The notes under the pieces were generated by a model. It was not told where the DNA came from and made no database searches. It saw only the letters and a program-made list of their open reading frames with translations. From the NCBI GenBank assembly GCA_047920955.1, contig JBLRXA010000001.1, forward strand, positions 1,200 through 65,199: a stretch of 64,000 bases of DNA. Direction: 5' to 3'. This document shows, piece after piece, positions 40,001-48,767 of the stretch. A program made the translations under genes and the position numbers. The stretch's first letter is position 1; each line of letters starts with the position of its first letter. The DNA comes from Methylobacter sp. (GTDB taxonomy: Bacteria > Pseudomonadota > Gammaproteobacteria > Methylococcales > Methylomonadaceae).

Positions 40001-40120
40001 GAAATTCAGCGTCCTTTGGCTATCGTGGTGATTGGCGGGCTGGTCTCATCGACTTTTTTAACCCTGTTTTTATTGCCGATTTTATTTAGATTGTTCGGAC
40101 TGCCACCGGAGGCAAAATAA
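37058..40120 (+). CDS. CzcA/CusA-family heavy-metal RND transporter
   Basis: IPIDAFPEVS, SANLMSLGGLAIAIGMLVDAAVVVVEN, RLRPVLMT, GSEIQRPLA. Confidence 0.96.
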   Translation: MMSRLISFALGQRLLMLLLVALLAGGGYYAFKHIPIDAFPEVSPTQVKIIVKAPGMTPEEVEARITAPIEVELLGIPHQTLLRSIAKYALTDITVDFEEGTDIYWARQQIAERLNTLWGDLPGGIEGGIAPMTTPLGEMFMFTVEGGGLSLMERRSLLDWVIRPALRTVPGVADVNSLGGMVRSFEVIPDNTRLSARGISIAQLSAALQNNNRNDGAGRITDGEEALIVRAEGRILTLDDVGLIVVDNKNGTPITVSDVATIKIGALTRYGAVSKNGEGEAVTGLVLSLRGANARQTIAGIEKKLAEISPGFPKGVETKVFYNRGNLVDKAVDTVLHALLEAIALVVVLLLLFLGNLRAALVVALALPLAAAFTFILMYNMGMSANLMSLGGLAIAIGMLVDAAVVVVENMITHLAHVEKTQRLPRLHVLYRATREVAVPVVSGILIIIIVFLPLLTLQGLEGKLFTPVALTIVFALSGSLVLSLTVIPVIASYLLKDVSHEEPWLPRQLQKLYQPALVWCLFNSKKVFVGAGALLAVTALVFSQIGSTFMPTLDEGDIIVQLEKLPSITLEQSVALDIQVQKNLLKNIPEIVDIVARVGSDELGLDPMSLNDTDTFLILKPKKEWRMDSKEKLLDEIRTVMAQTPGIAFQFTQPIEMRVSEMLTGTRGDVAVKLFGSDLAVLNDKAQHIAEVLKAINGASDVFVKQNDGMQFLQLTIDKSAAGRLGLDSDSIETLLRAQIEGLKLGVVQEGIKRTPLILRGDSNTATFDSLQITLPNGGHVPITAIAKLDKVEGVVSVGREHGQRFVVITSNVLNRDLVSFVDEARAAVAEKIDLPIGYTVEFGGQFENQQRAAATLSLVVPVSLGLIFLLLFSTFGSVRQAVLVLSNIPLAMVGGVFALGLSGEYLSVPASVGFIALLGIAVLNGVVMVSYFNQLLATGMDVLKVVQLGSSRRLRPVLMTAGIAAFGLIPLLFATGPGSEIQRPLAIVVIGGLVSSTFLTLFLLPILFRLFGLPPEAK

Positions 40121-40425
40121 TGCCCAACCAAGAATATTTAATCACCCTCAATGTACCGCTAAGCCTTGAAGAAGCACTGGTCGATTGTCTGTTGACGCTG
40201 GAATCGGAACACGGTTTTAGCAGTTTTCCGGTCAACGCCCACGATCACCGGAACGAAGGCTTGTCGCTGGCTGAGCAAGTGACCGGACGGCAGCAAAAAA
40301 TGCGTTTTCAAATGTACCTGCCGGAACCGGCATTGGAACCTTTGTTGACACAGCTGAGAGCCGATTTTTCCGGTTCGGGCATTAGGTATTGGGTGTTGCC
40401 GGTCATCGAAAATGGGGTTATTTAG
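40120..40425 (+). CDS. DUF3240 P-II-like small protein
   Basis: LEEALVDCLL, LSLAEQVTGR, IRYWVLPV; TAATG overlap with the RND gene. Confidence 0.85.
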   Translation: MPNQEYLITLNVPLSLEEALVDCLLTLESEHGFSSFPVNAHDHRNEGLSLAEQVTGRQQKMRFQMYLPEPALEPLLTQLRADFSGSGIRYWVLPVIENGVI

Positions 40426-40944
40426 CTAATGCCAGCCGCCATATTGCGTGGTCGGGTCGCCGCGCCAGCCTGTTGTCGTTTTGTTGGCGTCGGGCGTGTG
40501 TACTGTTTGTTCGGCAGCACGAACCATATTGGCATGGGTGTAACCGCCCATCGCCTTTGCGGCAGTGGCAATCGCGGTCGATAACGGATTAATCTCGTAT
40601 TGGGTGATGCTGCTATGCACAACAGCGGCAAACAACTTTTCGTCGCCCGCTGCAGAAGAAAACGTCAGCACAATGGGCAACACGGTATTGGCAGGAATTT
40701 CCACGCGGTAATGCCCGTTATCGACGGCAACCTGGGCAATTAGCTGGCCGTTTTCAGCATTTGCCGTCACGGTGCCGGCTTTAACCAAGCCTTTGTCATT
40801 GCTGACCGTGCCCTCCAAGACCGTTGCCTGGGTGTATTTTTTGACCACGGCGGGGGCGGATGCAGCAGGTTTAGGGTCTTGTCCGCAAGCGGAAACCGCC
40901 AACGCGCCCAACAGTAAAGTCTTAGATAAAACGCTGCGTTTCAT
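40426..40944 (-). CDS. Hypothetical lipoprotein
   Basis: Lipobox VSAC; C-terminal TTGWRGDPTTQYGGWH. Confidence 0.82.
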   Translation of the reverse strand: MKRSVLSKTLLLGALAVSACGQDPKPAASAPAVVKKYTQATVLEGTVSNDKGLVKAGTVTANAENGQLIAQVAVDNGHYRVEIPANTVLPIVLTFSSAAGDEKLFAAVVHSSITQYEINPLSTAIATAAKAMGGYTHANMVRAAEQTVHTPDANKTTTGWRGDPTTQYGGWH

Positions 40945-40953
40945 AAAAACCTC

Positions 40954-41328
40954 TCAATCAGTGATTTTGACCAGCCAGCCATCGTTGCCTTTGCATTTGC
41001 CTTCGGCGCTGACATTGATACGGACAAATTGGCCTTTTAAGGCGTCCGGCAGCAGGCCGCCCACGGAGTAACGCTGAGGGCTGAGTTCTGTCGCGCTAAC
41101 GTCCAGCAGTTGGTCTTTAATGCTGACCTTAATGCTGGCAGGACTGGAAATGCCTGCAACCACAAAAGAAAAAGCCGCGCCCGGCAGAGCCTCTGATTTA
41201 TCAGCCGGATTAAACTGGTTGAATTCCGGCTTTTTACAAGCCGATTGGCTGCTGCCGCTACCGTAAGCCCAACTTTGAGAGGACACGGCCATTAATATCA
41301 AGACGGGGAAAATGCGGGTTAATTTCAT
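40954..41328 (-). CDS. Secreted hypothetical protein, paralog of 486..890
   Basis: Signal peptide SWA; CKKPEF, GQFVRINV, GWLVK. Confidence 0.82.
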   Translation of the reverse strand: MKLTRIFPVLILMAVSSQSWAYGSGSSQSACKKPEFNQFNPADKSEALPGAAFSFVVAGISSPASIKVSIKDQLLDVSATELSPQRYSVGGLLPDALKGQFVRINVSAEGKCKGNDGWLVKITD

Positions 41329-41360
41329 GACGAACCTCTGTGTGATTTATGCGGCGAATA

Positions 41361-41388
41361 AAAAAGGCACCCTAAAGATGCCTTTTAA
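41361..41388 (-). terminator. Rho-independent terminator after the cupin gene
   Basis: Minus strand AAAAGGCATC-TTTAG-GGTGCCTTTTTT. Confidence 0.7.
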
Positions 41389-41394
41389 TGTCGG

Positions 41395-41670
41395 TTAATC
41401 GTAACTGTAATGTTTGCGCAAAGGCTTAACAACTTGCCAGTGGCTGTTTAGACCCTCAGGAAAAACCACCAAGTCGCCAGGAAGAATGCGTACCGGCTCA
41501 CCGCCTTCAGGCGTCACCAGAATTTCACCGTCTAAAACGTAAGCTGTTTCTGTTTCGTCAAAGTCGATGCTGAATTCGGAGACTTCTTTCTCCCAAATGT
41601 CCCAGTTTGCAACGCCCAGTTCTTTTAGGCGCTCTTCGCTAGGATTGTGTTCAATTGTAATTTGCGGCAT
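41395..41670 (-). CDS. Cupin (DUF861) protein
   Basis: LGVANWDIWEKE, ETAYVLDG, GDLVVFPEG, LRKHY. Confidence 0.9.
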   Translation of the reverse strand: MPQITIEHNPSEERLKELGVANWDIWEKEVSEFSIDFDETETAYVLDGEILVTPEGGEPVRILPGDLVVFPEGLNSHWQVVKPLRKHYSYD

Positions 41671-41780
41671 GAGTTTCCTACTTATCAAAATGATTAAAAA
41701 ATTACGCGAACCCAATATTTCAAGGCTGGGCAGCGGCTAAAATTGTAACGACTCGCCCGTTAAAAAGATAGGCGGCAAAA

Positions 41781-42626
41781 CTATCCCGCTACCGCCAGCA
41801 CCTGTTTATTGATTTTTTTCACTTCGGGGCAATCAATACTAAACCGCTGCACCTGTTCGCCCAATTTCAACGCGGTCAGTTGGCCGCCCCACAGGCAGCC
41901 GGTGTCTATGGCGTAACAGTTGGGGCCTTCGTGATAGCCCAGCGCCGACCAGTGGCCGAAAATAATCCGCATATCGGCGCTTTTGCGCTTGGGCACGTCA
42001 AACCACGGCAGCAGGCTTTTGGGTTGGGAGCCTAGTGGCCCGCTATGGATAAAATCCAGCCGACCCTCGGCATCGCAATAGCGCATCCGGGTAAAACAAT
42101 TGACGATAAAGCGTAAGCGTCCGAAGCCTTTCAAGTCGGACGACCAGATATTAGGTTTGTTGCCGTACATTTGCTTTAAAAAAGCCTGATAATCGGCGCT
42201 TCTTAACGCCTGTTCCGCCAATGCGGCCATTTTTTGGGTGCGTTTAAAATCCCATTGCGGCGGCAGGCCGGCATGAAGCAGGCAAAAATCATCGTTAAAA
42301 TGGAACAGCGGCCGATGCCTTAGCCAATGGATTAACTCGTCACTGTCCGGCGCTTCAAGTATGGGCAGCAATGAATCCTTTTTACGCGCTATTTTGGGCG
42401 CGCAGGACGCCGCCAATAAATGCAGGTCATGATTGCCCAACACGGTGACGGCGGCATCGCCCAGCGATTTGACAAAGCGCAGGGTTTCCAGCGATTTGGG
42501 GCCACGGTTGACCAGGTCACCGGCAAACCAAAGTTGGTCGGACTGTTCGTTAAAAGCGATGGTGTCGAGCAGCCTTAATAATTCATCAAAACAGCCCTGA
42601 ATATCGCCGATAGCATAAATAGACAT
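41781..42626 (-). CDS. apaH: Symmetrical bis(5'-nucleosyl)-tetraphosphatase
   Basis: GDIQGC, GDLVNRGP, LGNHDLH, FGHWSALG, DTGCLWG. Confidence 0.97.
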   Translation of the reverse strand: MSIYAIGDIQGCFDELLRLLDTIAFNEQSDQLWFAGDLVNRGPKSLETLRFVKSLGDAAVTVLGNHDLHLLAASCAPKIARKKDSLLPILEAPDSDELIHWLRHRPLFHFNDDFCLLHAGLPPQWDFKRTQKMAALAEQALRSADYQAFLKQMYGNKPNIWSSDLKGFGRLRFIVNCFTRMRYCDAEGRLDFIHSGPLGSQPKSLLPWFDVPKRKSADMRIIFGHWSALGYHEGPNCYAIDTGCLWGGQLTALKLGEQVQRFSIDCPEVKKINKQVLAVAG

Positions 42627-42629
42627 CGC

Positions 42630-43007
42630 TTAATGCAGGGTTCGAGGAATGGATAAGGTAAACCTTGGCACATCGGCCAGGAAGTTGTCGCCGTCATCCG
42701 AGTGCATGGTGTAATCGCCTTGCATGGTGCCGACCGGCGTGGTGATCATAGCGCCGCTGGTGTAACGGAAGGACTCGCCGGGTTTAAGATAAGGCTGCTC
42801 ACCGATAACGCCTTCGCCCCTGACTTCCTGGACTTGGCCATTGGAATCGGTGATGAGCCAATGCCGTTGTAGCAACTTTGCCGGCACTGCCCCGGCATTG
42901 GTAATCGTGACGGTATAGGCGAAGACATAACGATCATCGTCGGGGGACGATTGCGCCTCGATAAAAAGAGGGGTGGCTTCAACTATTATTTTGTTTTTTG
43001 GGTTCAT
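42630..43007 (-). CDS. apaG: ApaG protein
   Basis: YVFAYTVTI, RHWLITD, VRGEGVIGEQP. Confidence 0.97.
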   Translation of the reverse strand: MNPKNKIIVEATPLFIEAQSSPDDDRYVFAYTVTITNAGAVPAKLLQRHWLITDSNGQVQEVRGEGVIGEQPYLKPGESFRYTSGAMITTPVGTMQGDYTMHSDDGDNFLADVPRFTLSIPRTLH

Positions 43008-43080
43008 TATTGGATCATATAGGTTATGTGTTGATTATTTCATCGTAACTTTTCCTTAAACGCAAGTAACTATTATCAGT

Positions 43081-43587
43081 ATGAAATATAAAGTCTGTTT
43101 TTTAACCCTGCTGTTTGCCCTGTCCCACACCGCCTATGCGGAAGATGCCAACGCCTTGTTTGCTGCGGCAATGACCGGCAAGCTGGAACGGACCAGTGCC
43201 TTGCTGGCGCAAGGACTGGACGTGAACAGTAAAACTACCGGTGGCCGCACCGCACTGATGGCTGCAAGTTTTAACGGCAATATACGCATTGTCAGATTGC
43301 TGTTGGGCTATGGCGCCGATGTCAGTCTGGCTGATGATTTTGGCGTCACTGCGTTAATGGATGCCTTGGTTTTTGGCAAGGAAGACATTGTCAATTTGCT
43401 GATTGCCGCAGGCGCTGATGTCAATGCCGTGGACAAACAAAATGCGACCGTCATGGCGCGAGCGAAGAAAACCGGGCACGAGAAAATCGTTAAAATACTG
43501 GAAGCGGCCGGGGCAAAAGACGAGCAGGAAGTACCGATAGAAGAAGCGGGCAAAAAACCGGATGCCGCACCGGCTGGCAAAAAATAA
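43081..43587 (+). CDS. Exported ankyrin-repeat protein
   Basis: Signal peptide; GRTALMAAS, GVTALMDA, GADVNAVD repeats. Confidence 0.92.
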   Translation: MKYKVCFLTLLFALSHTAYAEDANALFAAAMTGKLERTSALLAQGLDVNSKTTGGRTALMAASFNGNIRIVRLLLGYGADVSLADDFGVTALMDALVFGKEDIVNLLIAAGADVNAVDKQNATVMARAKKTGHEKIVKILEAAGAKDEQEVPIEEAGKKPDAAPAGKK

Positions 43588-43606
43588 AGCGGGGGCTAAA
43601 TTTAAC

Positions 43607-43897
43607 ATGAAACCTTCCGAAGCATTTGACCGAAAACGGTTTGCTGTACGCCTTATCGCAAGCCATTTTAATGCCACTAACCTGCGTGTATTCGGTTCCG
43701 TATTGCACGGTAACGACCATGATGGCAGCGACCTGGATTTGCTGGTCGATACGTTGCCGGGTACGACGCTATTCGATCTGGGCGGCCTGCAAATTGAACT
43801 GGAAGATATGCTAGGTGTTCCAGTTGATCTATTAACGCCCGAGGATTTATCGCCAAAGTTCCGTGACCAAGTGCTTGCTGAAGCAAAGCCGGTATGA
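43607..43897 (+). CDS. Minimal nucleotidyltransferase antitoxin (MntA-like)
   Basis: GS-x10-DxD (GSVLHGNDHDGSDLD); ATGA overlap with toxin. Confidence 0.92.
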   Translation: MKPSEAFDRKRFAVRLIASHFNATNLRVFGSVLHGNDHDGSDLDLLVDTLPGTTLFDLGGLQIELEDMLGVPVDLLTPEDLSPKFRDQVLAEAKPV

Positions 43898-44256
43898 ATA
43901 ATAATCGCCTTGCCGATTATCTTGGTCACATGCTGGAAGCCGCCAAATTGGCGCATGGTTATATCGAAGGTATGGATAAAGACGATTTCCTTGCCGATAC
44001 GCGAACTCAGCAAGCGGTCATTTTAAACCTGGTCATTATTGGCGAATCGGCTACTCAGTTACTGCAGAACTACGGCGATTTTCTTGAGCATTATCCCGAT
44101 ATACCGTGGAGAAATATGAAAGGTATGCGTAATCGTATCGCGCACGGATATTTCGATATTAATATTCAAGTGGTATGGGAAACGGTACGGATAGCGTTAC
44201 CGCAATTACTAGACCGCTTACCTGACGTTATTGAAGATGCCCATGAAGCTGATTAA
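43894..44256 (+). CDS. HEPN/DUF86 RNase toxin (HepT-like)
   Basis: RNRIAHGY (R-x4-H-x-Y), IGES, PDIPW. Confidence 0.93.
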   Translation: MNNNRLADYLGHMLEAAKLAHGYIEGMDKDDFLADTRTQQAVILNLVIIGESATQLLQNYGDFLEHYPDIPWRNMKGMRNRIAHGYFDINIQVVWETVRIALPQLLDRLPDVIEDAHEAD

Positions 44257-44318
44257 TGTCCACTCCTACCGTTAAAAAAATAGCAGTCTAATTCACCGAA
44301 CCGATTAAGGACAACACA

Positions 44319-45674
44319 GTGCATATTCACATCTTAGGTATTTGCGGCACATTTATGGGCGGGCTTGCCGTGATTGCCCGGCAATTGGGGCATCAGGTCA
44401 GCGGTTCCGATCAAAATGTGTATCCGCCGATGAGTACGCAACTGGAACAGCAAGGCATCATGCTGATGGAAGGCTATCGGGCGGAAAACCTGGACGGCAA
44501 ACCGGATTTGGTGATTATTGGCAATGCGCTGTCGCGCGGCAATGCTGAAGTTGAGGCGGTGTTAAATCGGGGGTTGAACTATGTGTCCGGCCCGCAATGG
44601 CTGGCTGAGGCGGTGTTGCAAGGCAAATGGGTGCTGGGCGTTGCCGGGACACATGGCAAAACCACGACCACCAGTATGTTGAGCTGGATACTGGAGCATC
44701 AGGGTTTTAAGCCGGGCTTTTTGATTGGCGGCATCCCGCTTAATTTCGGCATTTCGGCGCGTTTGGGTGAATCCGATTTTTTTGTCATTGAAGCCGATGA
44801 GTACGATTCGGCGTTTTTCGACAAGCGCTCAAAGTTTGTCCATTACCGTCCTAGAACCGCCATTTTGAATAATCTGGAATACGACCATGCCGATATTTTT
44901 CCCGATCTGGATGCGATTAAAAAACAGTTCCATCACCTGGTCAGGACGGTGCCCGGCAAAGGCTTGATTATCAGTCCGGAACATGACGCCAATATCAATG
45001 ATGTGCTGGCGATGGGTTGCTGGACGCCGGTTGCCAAGACTGCGATCAACGCCGATGCGCAATGGAACGCGCAATTGATCAACAGCGACGGCAGCCGGTT
45101 TTCGGTCGTGTTTGAGCATAAAGAGCAAGGTTGTGTTGAGTGGCCGTTAACCGGCGAGCATAATGTTTATAACGCGCTGTCGGCGATAGTGGCGGCCAAA
45201 CACGTCGGCATTCTTCCCCAAGACGCGATAGCGGCGCTGGCTCAATTTAAGAACGTCAAACGCCGCATGGAAGTGATGGCCGAAATTAACGGCGTGACGC
45301 TTTATGACGATTTTGCCCATCACCCGACCGCGATACAAACGACACTGGACGGCTTGCGTAAACAGGTGGGACAAGAACGTATCATCGCCATTGTCGAACC
45401 ACGCTCGAACACCATGCGTTTGGGCGTACACACCCAGACGCTGGCAGAATCGTTAAACGATGCCGATTTGGCCATCATCTACCAACCTGAAGCGCTGGGC
45501 TGGGATTTAAGCGAACTGAAAAAATACGCCGGTAATATCGAAATCTGTTCATCGCTGGATGACATTATCGATAAACTCAAGTGTGAAGCGCGTTATGGCG
45601 GCCATTTTGTGCTGATGAGCAATGGCAGCTTCGGCGGTATTTATCAGCGCTTGCAGGATGCGTTGAACGGCTGA
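44319..45674 (+). CDS. mpl: Murein peptide ligase
   Basis: HIHILGICGTFMG, GTHGKTTT, EADEYD, DDFAHHPTAI, MSNGSFGG. Confidence 0.98.
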   Translation: MHIHILGICGTFMGGLAVIARQLGHQVSGSDQNVYPPMSTQLEQQGIMLMEGYRAENLDGKPDLVIIGNALSRGNAEVEAVLNRGLNYVSGPQWLAEAVLQGKWVLGVAGTHGKTTTTSMLSWILEHQGFKPGFLIGGIPLNFGISARLGESDFFVIEADEYDSAFFDKRSKFVHYRPRTAILNNLEYDHADIFPDLDAIKKQFHHLVRTVPGKGLIISPEHDANINDVLAMGCWTPVAKTAINADAQWNAQLINSDGSRFSVVFEHKEQGCVEWPLTGEHNVYNALSAIVAAKHVGILPQDAIAALAQFKNVKRRMEVMAEINGVTLYDDFAHHPTAIQTTLDGLRKQVGQERIIAIVEPRSNTMRLGVHTQTLAESLNDADLAIIYQPEALGWDLSELKKYAGNIEICSSLDDIIDKLKCEARYGGHFVLMSNGSFGGIYQRLQDALNG

Positions 45675-45722
45675 TTTTACAAAAATTATTTTTCAATTTT
45701 GCAACAAAAAACATAAATTCGA

Positions 45723-46739
45723 ATGCACATACAACAAGCCCTGCAAGCCCTGCTGAACAAACAAAACCTGAGTTCCGAACAGATGCGCGCCGTCATGCGG
45801 CAAATCATGAGCGGCAACGCCACCGATGCGCAAATCGGCGGTTTTTTGATTGCGTTGCGCTGTAAAGGCGAAAGCGTCGACGAAATCGCCGCCGCCGCCG
45901 AAGTGATGCGCGAACTGGCGGATAAAGTCGAAGTCAAAGGTGCGCATGTTATCGACACCTGCGGCACCGGCGGCGATGGCGCCAATACGTTTAATATCTC
46001 CACCACCTGCGCTTTTGTAGTCGCGGCCGCCGGTGGACAGGTTGCCAAACACGGCAACCGCTCTGTCTCCAGCAGTTGCGGCAGCGCCGATTTGCTCGAA
46101 GCCGCCGGGGTCAATCTGGATTTAAGCGCCGAACAAGTCGCCCAGTGCGTCAATGACATAGGCGTCGGCTTTTTGTTCGCGCCCAAGCATCACGGCGCGA
46201 TGAAATACACCCGCAATGCCCGCCGCGAAATGGGTGTGCGCACCCTGTTCAATCTATTAGGCCCCTTATCCAATCCGGCCGCCGCGCCTAACCAGTTAAT
46301 CGGCGTCTTTGCCAAGGAATGGCTGGAACCGCTGGCGCAGGTGCTGAAAAAACTCGGTAGCCAGCATGTCTTGGTGGTCAATGCCGACGACGGCCTTGAT
46401 GAAATCAGCATTGCTTCGCCGTCAAGCATTGCCGAGCTTAAAAATGGCGAAGTTACGACTTACCAAATTACCCCGGAGCAATTCGGTTTTCAACGCGCCA
46501 GTTTGGGCAAATTGGCCGTTGAGGGTGCGGCTTCCAGTCTGCTGATGGTAAAATCGGTGCTGGACAACCAAGCCGGTGCGGCTCGGGATATTGTCACGCT
46601 CAATGCCGGCGCGGCGATTTACGCCGCCAATATCACCGATTCGTTAAGCGCGGGTATAGAACAAGCCGGACAGCTGATCGCCAGCGGTGCGGCAAAGGCC
46701 AAATTCGACGCGTTGATTGCGTATTCAAAAAACTTATAA
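45723..46739 (+). CDS. trpD: Anthranilate phosphoribosyltransferase
   Basis: [30 protein letters not shown]. Confidence 0.98.
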   Translation: MHIQQALQALLNKQNLSSEQMRAVMRQIMSGNATDAQIGGFLIALRCKGESVDEIAAAAEVMRELADKVEVKGAHVIDTCGTGGDGANTFNISTTCAFVVAAAGGQVAKHGNRSVSSSCGSADLLEAAGVNLDLSAEQVAQCVNDIGVGFLFAPKHHGAMKYTRNARREMGVRTLFNLLGPLSNPAAAPNQLIGVFAKEWLEPLAQVLKKLGSQHVLVVNADDGLDEISIASPSSIAELKNGEVTTYQITPEQFGFQRASLGKLAVEGAASSLLMVKSVLDNQAGAARDIVTLNAGAAIYAANITDSLSAGIEQAGQLIASGAAKAKFDALIAYSKNL

Positions 46740-46751
46740 AACACTAAAACC

Positions 46752-47552
46752 ATGACCGACACCCCAGACATCTTAAAAAAAATCCTCGATAAAAAAGCCG
46801 AAGAAGTAGCCAAGCGCAGAACAGGCATGACCATTGCCAATCTGGAAGACATTGCCCAAGGCGTAGAAAAACCGCGCGGATTTTATAACGCCCTGCAAGC
46901 CAAAGTCTTGGCCAAAAAACCGGCCATTATCGCGGAAATAAAAAAAGCCTCGCCCAGTAAAGGCGTGATCCGGGAAGATTTCCAGCCGATTGCCATCGGC
47001 CAGGATTACGCGATGAACGGTGCCGCCTGTTTGTCGGTATTGACTGACAAGGAATTTTTCCAAGGTTCGGAAGTGTATTTGCAAATGGTCAGGGAACGCT
47101 GCCCGCTGCCAGTGCTGAGAAAGGATTTTATGATCGACACTTATCAAATCTATGAAGCCCGCGCCTTGGGTGCCGACTGTATTTTGCTGATTGCCGCCGC
47201 GCTAGAAGACAGTCTTATGCACGAACTGTCGGATGCCGCGACCCGGCTGGGCATGGATGTTCTGGTGGAAGTGCATAATGCGGAAGAGTTGCAACGGGCG
47301 TTAACGCTGGATACCAAACTGATTGGCATCAACAACCGTAATCTGCGCACTTTTGAAACGGCATTGCAGACCACGCTGGCATTAAAAACCGATATTCCGG
47401 CAGACCGCTTGATTATCACCGAAAGCGGCATTCATACGCACGAAGATGTGCAGTTGATGCTGGATAACGGTGTTTATACGTTTTTGGTCGGTGAAGTCTT
47501 TATGCGGGCAGAAAGCCCGGGGCAGAAGATGAAGGAATTGTTTGGCTTGTAA
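46752..47552 (+). CDS. trpC: Indole-3-glycerol phosphate synthase
   Basis: [27 protein letters not shown]. Confidence 0.98.
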   Translation: MTDTPDILKKILDKKAEEVAKRRTGMTIANLEDIAQGVEKPRGFYNALQAKVLAKKPAIIAEIKKASPSKGVIREDFQPIAIGQDYAMNGAACLSVLTDKEFFQGSEVYLQMVRERCPLPVLRKDFMIDTYQIYEARALGADCILLIAAALEDSLMHELSDAATRLGMDVLVEVHNAEELQRALTLDTKLIGINNRNLRTFETALQTTLALKTDIPADRLIITESGIHTHEDVQLMLDNGVYTFLVGEVFMRAESPGQKMKELFGL

Positions 47553-47644
47553 GACGGGGATAAGTTGTTGATTCCTAGTAGGGTGAATAAACCATAAAAG
47601 GAACCAACTTAAGCAGTGTTTTTCTAGTTGACTAGAAAAAATGC

Positions 47645-47767
47645 TTATTTTGCTGCTTCAACGCTGGCATTGGCAGCAGGTTTGCTTGGGCCTACGCCTG
47701 ATTCGCCACAAGCGGCAAGCGTTGATACGGCAACAATTAACAACAAAAACTGACTAATTTTTTTCAT
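47645..47767 (-). CDS. Small (40 aa) lipoprotein
   Basis: MKKISQFLLLIVAVSTLAACGESGVGPSKPAANASVEAAK*; LAAC lipobox; followed by TTTTCTAG-N4-CTAGAAAA hairpin. Confidence 0.75.
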   Translation of the reverse strand: MKKISQFLLLIVAVSTLAACGESGVGPSKPAANASVEAAK

Positions 47768-47967
47768 AGGATTGATCTCATTATGACAATTGAAGTACCC
47801 CGCTTTTTACAAAGCAAAGGCAGAAGGGCGGACACAAAGTCCTTGGTGGATCGGAATCAGTATGACAGCTAAACCCGCTAGATCAAAGATATTATGCTTC
47901 TACGTTTAATTTGAATGCCCTAATATCCTAATATTTTAGCCTCCACCTCGTCATAAAGGTTTCAAAA

Positions 47968-48765
47968 TTGAATGCAGTGAATCCCATTGGTATTTTCGAT
48001 TCCGGCGTAGGCGGATTATCGGTGTTACAGGAAATTCGCCGGACGCTGCCGGGCGAGCACCTGTTATATGTCGCCGACTCGGCCCATGCGCCTTATGGTG
48101 ATAAATCCCAGCAATTTATCGAAACGCGATCTATTGCACTCAGCGAATTTTTGCTGGGCCAAAACGTCAAGGCCATCGTCGTTGCCTGCAACACGGCGAC
48201 CGGTGCGGCAGTGACAACCTTGCGTTCACGTTTCGCTATGCCGATTATTGCAATGGAACCTGCGGTAAAACCTGCGGCAACACACACCCGGTCAGGCGTC
48301 ATCGGCGTTCTGGCGACCCGCCGCACGTTGGCCAGCGATAATTTTGTACGGCTATTTGCGCGCTACGGTAGTGATGTGCAAATATTAGGGCAAGCCTGTC
48401 CCGGACTGGTTGAGCAAGTGGAGGCGGGTGATTTGTCCGGCGCTAAAACCCGGCTGCTATTGGAGCGCTATCTACTGCCATTACTGGAACAAAAAGCCGA
48501 TATGATAGTGCTAGGCTGTACCCATTACCCGTTTTTGGCGCCCTTAATACAGGACATCGCGGGGACTAGCGTGACCGTGATTGATTCCGCCGCCGCTGTT
48601 GCCCGGCAACTGCAACGACGCCTGGAAGTGGCGGATTTGTTGGCGGACACGGCGAGGTCAGGTGCCGAATGCTTTTGGACGAGCGGCCTGCCCGATAAGG
48701 TACAGCCGCTCGTTAGCCAATTATGGCAGGCGAATGTGAAGGTAAGTGCCTTGCCCCCGGTCTAA
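47968..48765 (+). CDS. murI: Glutamate racemase
   Basis: FDSGVGGLSV, VACNTA, LGCTHYP. Confidence 0.97.
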   Translation: MNAVNPIGIFDSGVGGLSVLQEIRRTLPGEHLLYVADSAHAPYGDKSQQFIETRSIALSEFLLGQNVKAIVVACNTATGAAVTTLRSRFAMPIIAMEPAVKPAATHTRSGVIGVLATRRTLASDNFVRLFARYGSDVQILGQACPGLVEQVEAGDLSGAKTRLLLERYLLPLLEQKADMIVLGCTHYPFLAPLIQDIAGTSVTVIDSAAAVARQLQRRLEVADLLADTARSGAECFWTSGLPDKVQPLVSQLWQANVKVSALPPV

Positions 48766-48767
48766 AT

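Noticed and set aside
47810-47876. Resemblance to a c-di-GMP-I riboswitch (GCAAA...GACACAAAG...ATGACAGC) upstream of murI
   Set aside because: The GNRA-capped stem and the second stem do not pair convincingly by eye; only an Infernal search with the c-di-GMP-I model could rescue it
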